DNA from: an uncultured Candidatus Rokubacteria bacterium
Lineage (GTDB): Bacteria; Methylomirabilota; Methylomirabilia; Rokubacteriales; DASRDR01
Direction: 5' to 3'
Assembly (NCBI GenBank): GCA_963826115.1
Contig: CAWGVS010000005.1
Span: 384,001-448,000, forward strand
Length of the DNA: 64,000 nucleotides
How positions within the stretch are numbered: the first letter of the stretch is position 1; every line of letters begins with the position of its first letter. Below, piece by piece: positions 21,117-29,340 of the stretch. The translations under genes and the position numbers were made by a program. Below the pieces are notes generated by a model. It had not been told where the DNA came from and searched no databases. It saw nothing but the letters and a program-made list of their open reading frames with translations.

Positions 21117-22031
21117 ATGGGCGCGCCCATCTACGTGGAGATTTCGATCCGGGCTCCGCTCGAGGAGCTCTGGCGCCACACCCAGTCACCGGATCTCCAC
21201 CAACGGTGGGACCTCCGGTTCACCCGCATCACCTATCTCCCGCGCCCCGGCCCCACGGCGCCCCAGCGCTTCCTCTACGAGACCCGCATCGGATTCGGGC
21301 TCGGGGTCTCCGGCGAGGGCGAGACGGTCGGCGACCGGGACCTCGCGGACGGGACGCGGAGCTCGGCCCTCCGGTTCTGGTCGGCCGATCCGAAATCCCT
21401 CATTCGCGAGGGCTCGGGGTACTGGAAGTACGTGCCGGCGAGCGCGACGATCCGCTTCCTCACGCGCTACGACTACGCAGCCCGCTTCGGCCTGCCGGGC
21501 CGATGGCTCGACGCCCTCCTGTTTCGCCCGCTCCTCGGATGGGCGACGGCCTGGAGCTTCGATCGGCTGCGGCGCTGGCTCGAGGACGGGCTTCCACCCG
21601 AGGCCGCGCTGCGCCAGGCGGTCGTCCACGCGGTGGCGCGCTCCGCGCTCGGGCTCACGTGGCTCTACCAGGGCCTGGTGCCGAAGCTCCTGGCTCCGGA
21701 GCGGGGCGAGCTGGCGATCCTGCGCGCCTCGGGCCTCTTCGCGGGGCGCGAGGGCGTCGTCCTCCCGCTCCTGGGCGCGGCGGAGATCGCCCTCGGGCTC
21801 GCGCTCCTCGCGAGGCCGGGCTGGCGCTGGCCGCTCGCCGCGACCGTGCTGATCCTGCCGGGGTTCCTGGTCGCCGCGCTCCTCGCCGCGCCGGCGAGCT
21901 TCCTCGCGCCGTTCAACCCGCCGACGCTCATCCTGGCGATGGCGGCGCTCGCCGCGATCGGCTGGTGCGCGTCGAAGGACGTCGTGTCCGCCCGGCACTG
22001 CCGGCGGCGTCCGGACGCGGCGGGCTCGTGA
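21117..22031 (+). CDS. SRPBCC-like N-terminal domain plus DoxX-like membrane domain (YndG-like)
   Basis: IYVE..IR...EELW..TQ.P..HQRWDLRF; W.YQGLVPKL followed by about 4 TM helices; PFNP. Confidence 0.75.
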   Translation: MGAPIYVEISIRAPLEELWRHTQSPDLHQRWDLRFTRITYLPRPGPTAPQRFLYETRIGFGLGVSGEGETVGDRDLADGTRSSALRFWSADPKSLIREGSGYWKYVPASATIRFLTRYDYAARFGLPGRWLDALLFRPLLGWATAWSFDRLRRWLEDGLPPEAALRQAVVHAVARSALGLTWLYQGLVPKLLAPERGELAILRASGLFAGREGVVLPLLGAAEIALGLALLARPGWRWPLAATVLILPGFLVAALLAAPASFLAPFNPPTLILAMAALAAIGWCASKDVVSARHCRRRPDAAGS

Positions 22032-22708
22032 GCTCGATCTACCGGCGCGCGCTCGGCGCCGACTTCGATCGGCTGCACCCCCAGATCCAGCGGCGGTTCG
22101 GCTTCGGGAGCGCCGACGGCGTCGCCTCGATCGGCACGGGACGGATGGAGGAGGTGTGGCGCGGCCCGGCCTACACGCTGCCGTTCCTCGCCGTCGGCGC
22201 GTGGCGCCACATCATGTTCCCGGCGACCGGGCGGGACGTGCCGTTCCGGATCGAGAACTACGCCTACGTCGACGGGCTCGGTCGCGAGACCGTGACCTGG
22301 GTGCGGACCTTCGAGCTCCCGGGCCGGACCCGCCGCTTCGACGCCACGATGATCTACGCCGAGCGACGCGGCTGCATCGTGGACTACCTCGGCACCCACC
22401 AGCACCTCGCGGTGGACATTCACCTGTCCGTCGACGAGCGGGGAGGTCTCCGCCTCCGGTCGGGCGAGCAGCGGTTCTACGAGGGCCCGGTCGCGTTCCG
22501 CTTCCCGCTGCTGTTCTCCGGCGTGGCGGACGTGCGCGAATGGTTCGACGACGCCGCGGGACGGTTCCGGATCGAGGTGACCGTGACGAACCGGACGTGG
22601 GGACGCCTCTTCGGCTACCGGGGCTGGTTCACCGCCGCGTGGCCCGCGTGCCCGCCGGCCGCGGTGCCACCGCACGTCCGCCCGCTCCGCGAGGAGCCCC
22701 GTGAGTGA
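22028..22708 (+). CDS. DUF4166 domain protein (YndH-like)
   Basis: SIY.RALG.DF.RLHP.IQRRF, ETVTW.RTF, RRFDA.M, DYLG, LFGY.G.F; GTGA overlap. Confidence 0.8.
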   Translation: MSSIYRRALGADFDRLHPQIQRRFGFGSADGVASIGTGRMEEVWRGPAYTLPFLAVGAWRHIMFPATGRDVPFRIENYAYVDGLGRETVTWVRTFELPGRTRRFDATMIYAERRGCIVDYLGTHQHLAVDIHLSVDERGGLRLRSGEQRFYEGPVAFRFPLLFSGVADVREWFDDAAGRFRIEVTVTNRTWGRLFGYRGWFTAAWPACPPAAVPPHVRPLREEPRE

Positions 22709-23147
22709 GGGGCGCCCGGCCACCGGCGACGGGCCGATCATCCTTTACGACGGTGTCTGCGGGCTGTGCAACCGGCTCAACCGGTTCGTGCTGGCCCGCG
22801 ACCGGGCGGGCCGCTTCCGCTTCGCTCCGCTGCAGGGTCGCCTCGCCGGGGAGATCCTGACGCGCCACGGCCGGGATTCCCGCGACCTCGACACCCTCTA
22901 CCTGGTCCTGGATCCGGGCCGCCCGGGGGAGCGCCTGCTCCGGAAGTCGGATGCCGCGCTCTGGATCCTCCGCGAGCTCGGCGGGCCCTGGCGGATGGCC
23001 GGCGCCCTCCGTGTCGTGCCGCCGGCGCTCCGTGACCTCGGCTACGACATGGTCGCGCGGACCCGCTACCGCCTCTTCGGGCGATACGACAGCTGCCCCT
23101 TGCCGGCCCCGGAGCATCGCGACCGTTTCGTCGACCTCGGCGCCTGA
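22701..23147 (+). CDS. DCC1-like thiol-disulfide oxidoreductase family protein
   Basis: ILYDGVCGLCN (DxxCxxC), RFAPLQ, SDAAL, RD..Y..VAR.RYRLFG. Confidence 0.88.
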   Translation: MSEGRPATGDGPIILYDGVCGLCNRLNRFVLARDRAGRFRFAPLQGRLAGEILTRHGRDSRDLDTLYLVLDPGRPGERLLRKSDAALWILRELGGPWRMAGALRVVPPALRDLGYDMVARTRYRLFGRYDSCPLPAPEHRDRFVDLGA

Positions 23148-23154
23148 CCTCCGG

Positions 23155-23696
23155 TCAGCGCTCGACGGCGGCGAGGAGGTCCCCGACGGGGAGGGCGTCG
23201 CCGAACGACTCGCTCGGGCGCGCGTAGCGGTCGACGTCTCCCGGGCCGAGAACGAAGCTCCCGCCGAGCTGGAACGGGTGCTGCCCCGTCCGCCCCTGGC
23301 GGTATCCTCCCGCCCGTGCCCGCTTCTTGGCGAGCCAGTTGGCATGGCGGAAGAGGTGGCCGAGCGAGGCGGACCGCAGCTCCACCGCGCGGTACGCGGT
23401 GCGTTGCGCGTCGACCAGCAGGGGAAAGGCGATCCCCGACTCGTCGCGGAACGCGCGGGCGTAGCCGAGCGTCCCCCATGCCGATCGCGGCGAGCCGCGC
23501 CCCGCGCGACCCGGAATTCCCCCTCGTGGTCGCGCAACTGCGCGACGTGCTCCCGGCAGAACACTCAGCCGTAGTGGCGGAGGAAGACGAGGACCGCCGG
23601 AGCGTCGGTCCACAGGCTGCCGAGGCGGACCGGCCGCGCGTCGGCGTCGGGCAGGACGATCGGCGCGAGCCGGGCCGCGATCGACGCCGTCGCCAT
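23155..23696 (-). CDS. Peroxiredoxin-like (AhpC/TSA_2, PRXL2/SelU-like) putative selenoprotein with UxxC motif; two +1 frameshifts (~23511, ~23475)
   Basis: MATASIAARL...PAVLVFLRHYG-TGA(23565-23567)-VFCREHVAQLR...AAIGMG...FPLLVD..R.AY...QLGGSFVL. The TGA sits where homologues have the first Cys of CxxC. The ATG overlaps the upstream stop (TGATG). Confidence 0.82.
23529..23546 (-). other. Putative bacterial SECIS hairpin
   Basis: Minus strand GTCGCGC-AGTT-GCGCGAC, a perfect 7-bp stem starting 19 nt after the UGA, with GU in the apical loop. Confidence 0.7.
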
Positions 23697-24136
23697 CAGG
23701 CGAGGCGCCGGTGCTCGACCATCAGGCACCGGTCCTGGACCACGCGGATGCCGGCGCGCGCCCAGGTTTCTGCCGCCTCCTGGTGCGCGATCCCCAGCTG
23801 GAGCCAGACGGCGCGAGGCTTCACCGCCAGGATGTCCTCCACGTGGGGCGGAATGTCGCGCGGGCGCCGGAAGACGTTGACCATGTCGATCGCGCCGGGC
23901 ACGGCCCGGAGCGATCGGTAAACCGGGCGCCCCAGAATCTCGACGACCTCCGGGTAGTAGACCGGCACGGGCACGACGTCGTAGCCGTGCCGCAGCATGT
24001 AGTCGGGCACGTAGAAGGCGGGCGCTCCAGCGCGCGACTCCGGCTTGATTCCGAGGACCGCGATCCGGCGGCACTCCCGGACGAGCGCCGCCATCTCCTG
24101 GGAGTCCGTCACGAGGTTCGCCCGCCAGGAATTCAT
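23696..24136 (-). CDS. CoA-binding protein (YccU-like)
   Basis: IAVLG, GY.V.PV, ILG...Y.SL, IDMVNVFR, VWLQLGI, VVQDRC..VEH. Confidence 0.9.
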   Translation of the reverse strand: MNSWRANLVTDSQEMAALVRECRRIAVLGIKPESRAGAPAFYVPDYMLRHGYDVVPVPVYYPEVVEILGRPVYRSLRAVPGAIDMVNVFRRPRDIPPHVEDILAVKPRAVWLQLGIAHQEAAETWARAGIRVVQDRCLMVEHRRLA

Positions 24137-24298
24137 GAACGCAGTGTACGCGAGCGTTACACGCCGCGGGACGGCGCGAACCGGGCCGGTAGGTTCCGGC
24201 CCGGGGAGAGAACGTCTGGAGCTACGGGTCCGACGACGCGGAGCCGGAGTTGGCTCCAGGGGAGTGCGTCGCCCCGGCGGGCGGCTGCTAGTACGAGC

Positions 24299-24991
24299 CT
24301 AGCTCGACCTCTTCCAGCGGCGGCGCCCCACCGCTCCGAGGCCGACGAGACCGGAGCCGAGGAGCAGGAGCGAGGCAGGCTCGGGCGTCGGCGCCACCTG
24401 CAGGTGGTCGACCTCGAAGAAGATCGGCCCGCTGTTGGTGACACGAACCGAGCTAATGCCCGCCGGATCGTACACCCCGAGGAAGCCTTCCACGGCGTGG
24501 TCGAAGCCCCCCGGTGTGGCATCGATCGCGGACGAGGTTTGGCTGTTCGCGGTCATGGTGAAGCTGTTGGTGAAACCAGCGGCGTCGTCGTACACCCAGA
24601 GGCCAAAGCCGAGGACCGGCTGCGAGAACGTGAACTCGATCTGGCTATCGGGTCCCGCGCCTCCGGAGCGGTTCAACAGAGCGGCGTCGAAGACCGTGCC
24701 CAGGACGCCTCCGTCGTAGCTTCCCCTGAAGATCTCGGCGCCGGAGACCGGGATGTTGGGCAACGAGAAGGTGATGTCCAGGCCGCCCAAGGTGATCTTC
24801 GGGATGTCGCCGTTGGCATAGGCGTCCAGGCTGTCCTCGAAGAAGGTTCCGACCGTGCCCTGCCAGCCCGTGTCGTTGGCCGGGTTGGAGCCCGAGACCG
24901 CGAAGAAGATCGGAACCGCGCCAACCGGCCCTGCTGCCATCACGGTGCTCGCAAGCGTCAGCCCGAGCACGGTTCTGCCCCAAGGCGTCAT
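24299..24991 (-). CDS. PEP-CTERM sorting domain-containing secreted protein
   Basis: Signal peptide, G/S/T/D/F-rich beta body, C-terminal TPEPASLLLLGSGLVGLG..RRRWKR; GAGAGGA RBS. Confidence 0.92.
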   Translation of the reverse strand: MTPWGRTVLGLTLASTVMAAGPVGAVPIFFAVSGSNPANDTGWQGTVGTFFEDSLDAYANGDIPKITLGGLDITFSLPNIPVSGAEIFRGSYDGGVLGTVFDAALLNRSGGAGPDSQIEFTFSQPVLGFGLWVYDDAAGFTNSFTMTANSQTSSAIDATPGGFDHAVEGFLGVYDPAGISSVRVTNSGPIFFEVDHLQVAPTPEPASLLLLGSGLVGLGAVGRRRWKRSS

Positions 24992-25054
24992 GGACGTCCT
25001 CTCACCCAGCAGGGTCTTCGGGTGGCGTGCAATCCTTCGCTCGGGGCCGAACGC

Positions 25055-25070
25055 AGCAAGAGTCGAGCCA
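25055..25070 (-). promoter_or_regulatory. Sigma-54 (-24/-12) promoter of the PEP-CTERM gene
   Basis: Minus strand TGGCTCGACTCTTGCT vs consensus TGGCACG-N4-TTGCW; GG-N10-GC spacing is exact. Confidence 0.75.
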
Positions 25071-25195
25071 TCGAGTTGGACGACGCCAGGTAGTGGGTGG
25101 GGTCATCGTCGCTTGCTGAAGGTCCGGCAATTGAGTGCTCTGGCGATGGGCCGAAAGGTTGGCTGGGTGCTGGCCGCTCGCTGGCAACGGCGCAG

Positions 25196-25256
25196 TGTGC
25201 AAGAGCCCGACCAGAGGTGTGAAACCGGCCCACACGAAGTGTGAAGTAATCCTGCA
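25196..25256. promoter_or_regulatory. Three 17-bp boxes at 22-bp period, putative enhancer-binding protein sites
   Basis: TGTGCAAGAGCCCGACC (25196), TGTGAAACCGGCCCACA (25218), TGTGAAGTAATCCTGCA (25240); each is preceded by G. Confidence 0.55.
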
Positions 25257-25283
25257 GCCCGTCTGGGCGGGCGCCCCTCGCGA

Positions 25284-25990
25284 TCAGGCGGTGGCGAGGA
25301 AGCGCTGGAAGCGGCGGGCGACCTCCGGGGGCGTGACCGTCGGGCGCCCCAGCTTCGCAAGGGATCCCGGAGCGATCCGTACGTGGATGAGGTGAGGGCC
25401 GGCGGCGTCGCGCGTCGCGCCGTAGGCCTGCTCGAACCCCGCAGGCTGTCGCACGTCGAGCCGCTCGCGTAGCCGCACGCCAGGGCGACCGCCGCAAAGT
25501 CGACGCTTGCCGAGACGGTGGCCTGGCCGCCCGTGGACGAGGTTGGCGGGCGCGCGGCTGCCGATGGTCGCGAGGTTGCCGAGCTTCATGAGCGCGGCGC
25601 CGTCGCCGTCGAGGACGACCACCGGGCGAGGTGTATGGAAGGCTACCCCGAGCCCCATCGCGCTCGCGCCGCCCATCGAGCCGACCTGGTAGAGGTGCTG
25701 CGGCCGGTCCGCCAGGGTGAAGAGCTCGCGGCCACACTTCCCGGTCGTGGCAATGACCCCCGCCGCGTCCGGCACGACGGCGAGGAAGCGCTCCAGGACC
25801 TCGTATCGGGTGGGGCGGGGGCCGTGCTCCCGGAAGTCGCGCCGGACCCCCGGCGGGCGCGCGTCGGCGGGCTTCTGGTCGAGGCCGTCGTCGCGGACGG
25901 TGTCCTTCGCCATCACGAACGCGAAGGGCGGCTCGGACCGCGCCATCTCCGCCCCGGCCTGGGCGTGCTCGGGCGGCCCCGGATCCCGGA
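25284..25990 (-). pseudogene. Phosphonopyruvate/sulfopyruvate decarboxylase remnant (TPP-binding half)
   Basis: ATTGK.GREL, YQVGSMG.AS..GLG, LDGDGAALMKLG.LATIG, LGRP..TP. The N-terminal domain is missing, and an internal deletion after NLVH removes the xxDN motif and shifts the frame. Confidence 0.75.
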
Positions 25991-26018
25991 GCCGCCCGGA
26001 TCTACTGGGAGGCTGCGC

Positions 26019-26738
26019 CTACTGCTTGCTGATGACGGGGCCGGTCGAGGCGGCGACGGTCTGGATGAATCCCAGCGCGACCGGCGGGACCGGGAGCGTC
26101 GTGCCGAGCAGGATCTCCTGGATCGTGTAGCCCCGCCCGTAGAGCGCCTGATTCCAGTCGTCGCGCGAGCGCACGCTCGCCCCCGAGAACGAGAGGCCGG
26201 CGAAGAGACCCTGCGTCCGCGAGTAGGTCAGGAGGTCGGTCGAGAACTTGAGGTCCGTCGACACCTCGCCGCGCGCGCCCGAGGGCCCCGCGGCTGCGGA
26301 GATGTCGGCGCCGATGGTGAACTCGCTCGAGAGGAGCCCGTTGAGGCCCTTCTGGGTCATCATCAGCAGCACCACGTCCGTGACCTCGGCGCCGATCTGA
26401 AATCCGACGCTCCCGCCGGCCATGCGGATGACCGCCGGCGGGCTCCAGGAGCCGTCCGCACGGCGGACCGTCACGACCCCGTCACCGGCGGTGCCGCCGA
26501 CCAGGAACGCGCCCTTCACGACCCCGGGGAACACGGCCACGGCCTGAGCCTTGGCCAGTACCTCGCGGGGAATGCCGGGTCCGCCCCCGTGGGGGACGTT
26601 GACCATCTCGTAGAGCGCGGTGGTGGCCCGGGCGAAGCTCGCGGCGAACTCCGGGCTCTGGGCGTCCGCGCGGACCACGCCGACGAGGAGCGCGGCCAGG
26701 ATGGCGAGAGAGAGACGTTGCCAGCTCTTGCTGCGCAT
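26019..26738 (-). CDS. Lipid-binding SYLF (Ysc84) domain protein, secreted
   Basis: Signal peptide, P...KGAF.VGG..G.G, WS.P, GGSVGFQIG, AAAGP.G, YSR..GLFAG.S; GGAGGG RBS. Confidence 0.9.
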   Translation of the reverse strand: MRSKSWQRLSLAILAALLVGVVRADAQSPEFAASFARATTALYEMVNVPHGGGPGIPREVLAKAQAVAVFPGVVKGAFLVGGTAGDGVVTVRRADGSWSPPAVIRMAGGSVGFQIGAEVTDVVLLMMTQKGLNGLLSSEFTIGADISAAAGPSGARGEVSTDLKFSTDLLTYSRTQGLFAGLSFSGASVRSRDDWNQALYGRGYTIQEILLGTTLPVPPVALGFIQTVAASTGPVISKQ

Positions 26739-26915
26739 GGTTTTCCCTCCAGAAAAAGTTGGGACCCGGCGAGCCAGCCGACGCACCGAGCGATCCGAGT
26801 CCATGCTGCCTCAGGGGCGGCCGGGCCCCCAAGCTTTTCGTGAGTCGCGGTATCATGGTTCCCGCGCGCGAGGTCGGGGAGCCGTCGATCCCGCCCATGC
26901 CCGCGAGCCGACACC

Positions 26916-28607
26916 ATGCCGACAGCCGAGCCGGGACCGCCTCCGAACTTCATCCGTACCGCCATCCAGGAGGACGCGCGGACGGGACGCTGGGAGGGAC
27001 GCGTCGTCACCCGGTTCCCGCCCGAGCCCAACGGCTACCTTCACATCGGGCACGCCAAGGCGATCTCGATCGACTTCGGTCTCGCGCGGGAGTTCGGCGG
27101 GACGTGCCACCTCCGGTTTGACGACACCAACCCGGTAAAGGAAGACACCGAGTACGTCGAATCGATCCAGGAGGACATCCGCTGGCTCGGCTACGACTGG
27201 GGGCCGCATCTCTACTTTGCCTCCGACTACTTCGAGCAGCTCTACCAGTGGGCGGAGGAGCTGATCCGGCGCGGCCTCGCCTACGTCGACGACCTCTCGG
27301 CCGAGGAGATCCGCCGGCACCGCGGCACCCTGACCGAGTCCGGCCGGAACAGCCCGTATCGCGACCGGTCGGTGGAGGAGAGCCTCGGCCTCTTCCGGCG
27401 CATGCGCGCGGGGGAGTTCCCGGACGGCGCGCGCGTCCTCCGGGCGAAGATCGACATGGCCTCGCCCAACATGAACATGCGCGACCCGACGCTCTACCGG
27501 ATCCGGCACGCCAGCCACCACCGGACGGGCGACCGCTGGTGCATCTATCCGATGTACGACTACGCTCACCCGCTGTCGGACTCGATCGAGCGGGTCACGC
27601 ACTCCCTGTGCTCTCTCGAGTACGAGGACCACCGGCCGCTCTACGACTGGGTGTGCGAGGCGCTCGGGATCTACCACCCGCAGCAGATCGAGTTCGCGCG
27701 CCTCAACCTCGCCTACACGGTGATGAGCAAGCGCCGCCTGCTGCGCCTGGTCCAGGAAGGCCTCGTCCGGGGGTGGGACGACCCGCGGATGCCGACCCTC
27801 GCCGGGCTCCGGCGCCGCGGGTACACGCCGGAGGCGATCCGCGACTTCGCGGAGCGCGTCGGGGTGGCGAAGGCCAACAGCCTCGTCGACATGGCGCTGC
27901 TCGAGCACTGCGTCCGGGAGGACCTCAACCGGCGCGCGGCCCGTGTCATGGCGGTTCTGCGGCCGGTCCGGCTCGTGATCGAGAACTACCCGGAAGGCCA
28001 GATCGAGGAGCTCGAGGCGGTGAACAACCCCGAGGACCCGGCGATGGGCGTCCGCGCGGTGCCGTTCTCGCACGTCCTCTGGATCGAGCGGGACGACGTC
28101 CGCGAGGTGCCGCCGCCCAAGTACTTCCGGCTCTTTCCGGGGAACGAGGTGCGCCTCCGCTACGCGTACATCGTCCGGTGCACCGGCGTGGTGAAGGATC
28201 CCGCCACCGGCGAGATCGTCGAGGTGCGGTGCACCTACGACCCGCAGAGCCGGGGCGGCCAGGCCGGGGAGGGGCGACGGGTGAAGGGCACCATCCACTG
28301 GGTCTCGGCGGCCCACGCGGTGACCGCGGAGGCGCGGCTCTACGACCGGCTCTTCACGGATCCGATCCCCGTCGACCAGGAGGGCCGGGACTTCACCGCG
28401 CTCCTGAACCCTGCCTCGCTGGACGTCGTGACCGACGCGCGCGTCGAGCCGAGCCTGGCCGGCGCCTCGCCGGGCCAGCGCTTCCAGTTCGAGCGGCTGG
28501 GCTACTTCGTCGTCGATCCTGACGCCACGGCCGGGCGGCTCGTCGTGAACCGCACCGTCGGCCTCCGGGACACCTGGGCCAAGATCGAGAAGGCGCCGGC
28601 GCGCTGA
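26916..28607 (+). CDS. glnS: Glutamine--tRNA ligase
   Basis: [62 protein letters not shown]. Confidence 0.97.
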   Translation: MPTAEPGPPPNFIRTAIQEDARTGRWEGRVVTRFPPEPNGYLHIGHAKAISIDFGLAREFGGTCHLRFDDTNPVKEDTEYVESIQEDIRWLGYDWGPHLYFASDYFEQLYQWAEELIRRGLAYVDDLSAEEIRRHRGTLTESGRNSPYRDRSVEESLGLFRRMRAGEFPDGARVLRAKIDMASPNMNMRDPTLYRIRHASHHRTGDRWCIYPMYDYAHPLSDSIERVTHSLCSLEYEDHRPLYDWVCEALGIYHPQQIEFARLNLAYTVMSKRRLLRLVQEGLVRGWDDPRMPTLAGLRRRGYTPEAIRDFAERVGVAKANSLVDMALLEHCVREDLNRRAARVMAVLRPVRLVIENYPEGQIEELEAVNNPEDPAMGVRAVPFSHVLWIERDDVREVPPPKYFRLFPGNEVRLRYAYIVRCTGVVKDPATGEIVEVRCTYDPQSRGGQAGEGRRVKGTIHWVSAAHAVTAEARLYDRLFTDPIPVDQEGRDFTALLNPASLDVVTDARVEPSLAGASPGQRFQFERLGYFVVDPDATAGRLVVNRTVGLRDTWAKIEKAPAR

Positions 28608-28695
28608 GCGCCGCCCGCCCCCTCCCGGGGCCCTCCGGGGTCGGTTTCACGGGCCTCCTCCTGCGGGGTTACAGGGACCGAGGAGGACGATCCGG

Positions 28696-28962
28696 ATGAA
28701 TCTCGAGGACGTTCACGTGGCGGGTGTGGGCGGGTTCGTCGTGGTCGGGACCCTGACGACGGTCGGCGCCGTCCTGGCGTCGCTGCTGGTGTCGAGCGTG
28801 GTCCAGGGTGCCCTGTACTTGGCGCGCTGCATTGCCCGGAGCCGGTCCGGCAGCGGGTCTCTCGCGACCCGCGCGCTCGGCGAGCGGCTGGCGGCACGAC
28901 TCGATCCCGAGGCCGAGCACGCGCTGCTCGCTCGGCAGGCCTGGCGGTGGCTTCGATGCTGA
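28696..28962 (+). CDS. Small hypothetical membrane protein
   Basis: Strong GAGGAGG RBS, hydrophobic N-terminal half. Confidence 0.55.
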   Translation: MNLEDVHVAGVGGFVVVGTLTTVGAVLASLLVSSVVQGALYLARCIARSRSGSGSLATRALGERLAARLDPEAEHALLARQAWRWLRC

Positions 28963-29282
28963 TGGCACTGGGGCTTGCGACGCTCGTGGGCTGGGTTGCC
29001 GCGGTCGCGTTCGTGCTGACGCGCCTGGTCGACGCGCTCGAGGCGCGGCGGTTCCGGCGTATTGCCGCGCAGGTGCGGGTGACCGACGCCATCCACGCCG
29101 CGCTCGGCGCGGTGGTGGCCCCCACGGTCTCGGGACGCGGAAAGCGCCCGTGGAGCGTGACCATCGGCCTCGAGCCGACGCAGGTCTCGCTGGCGGGACG
29201 CCTGACCGAGGTCGTTCGCCTGGCGCTCGGGCAGGGCGAGGAGGGCGTCCGGGTCGTGTTCGTTCCGCGCGGGAGCGCGTAA
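28956..29282 (+). CDS. Small hypothetical protein with N-terminal TM helix
   Basis: Overlaps the upstream stop; hydrophobic segment followed by a compact alpha/beta-like region. Start is 28956 or 28962. Confidence 0.6.
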   Translation: MLMALGLATLVGWVAAVAFVLTRLVDALEARRFRRIAAQVRVTDAIHAALGAVVAPTVSGRGKRPWSVTIGLEPTQVSLAGRLTEVVRLALGQGEEGVRVVFVPRGSA

Positions 29283-29340
29283 CCGGGACGGGGCGGGCGG
29301 CTCGCTCGCCGGCGCCCCACACGGACGGGAGACCGAGTCT

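Noticed and set aside
25198-25213. Second sigma-54-like site TGGTCGGGCTCTTGCA (minus strand)
   Set aside because: Poorer -24 match, and it coincides with the first phased box. The 25055-25070 site fits better, though a dual role is not excluded.
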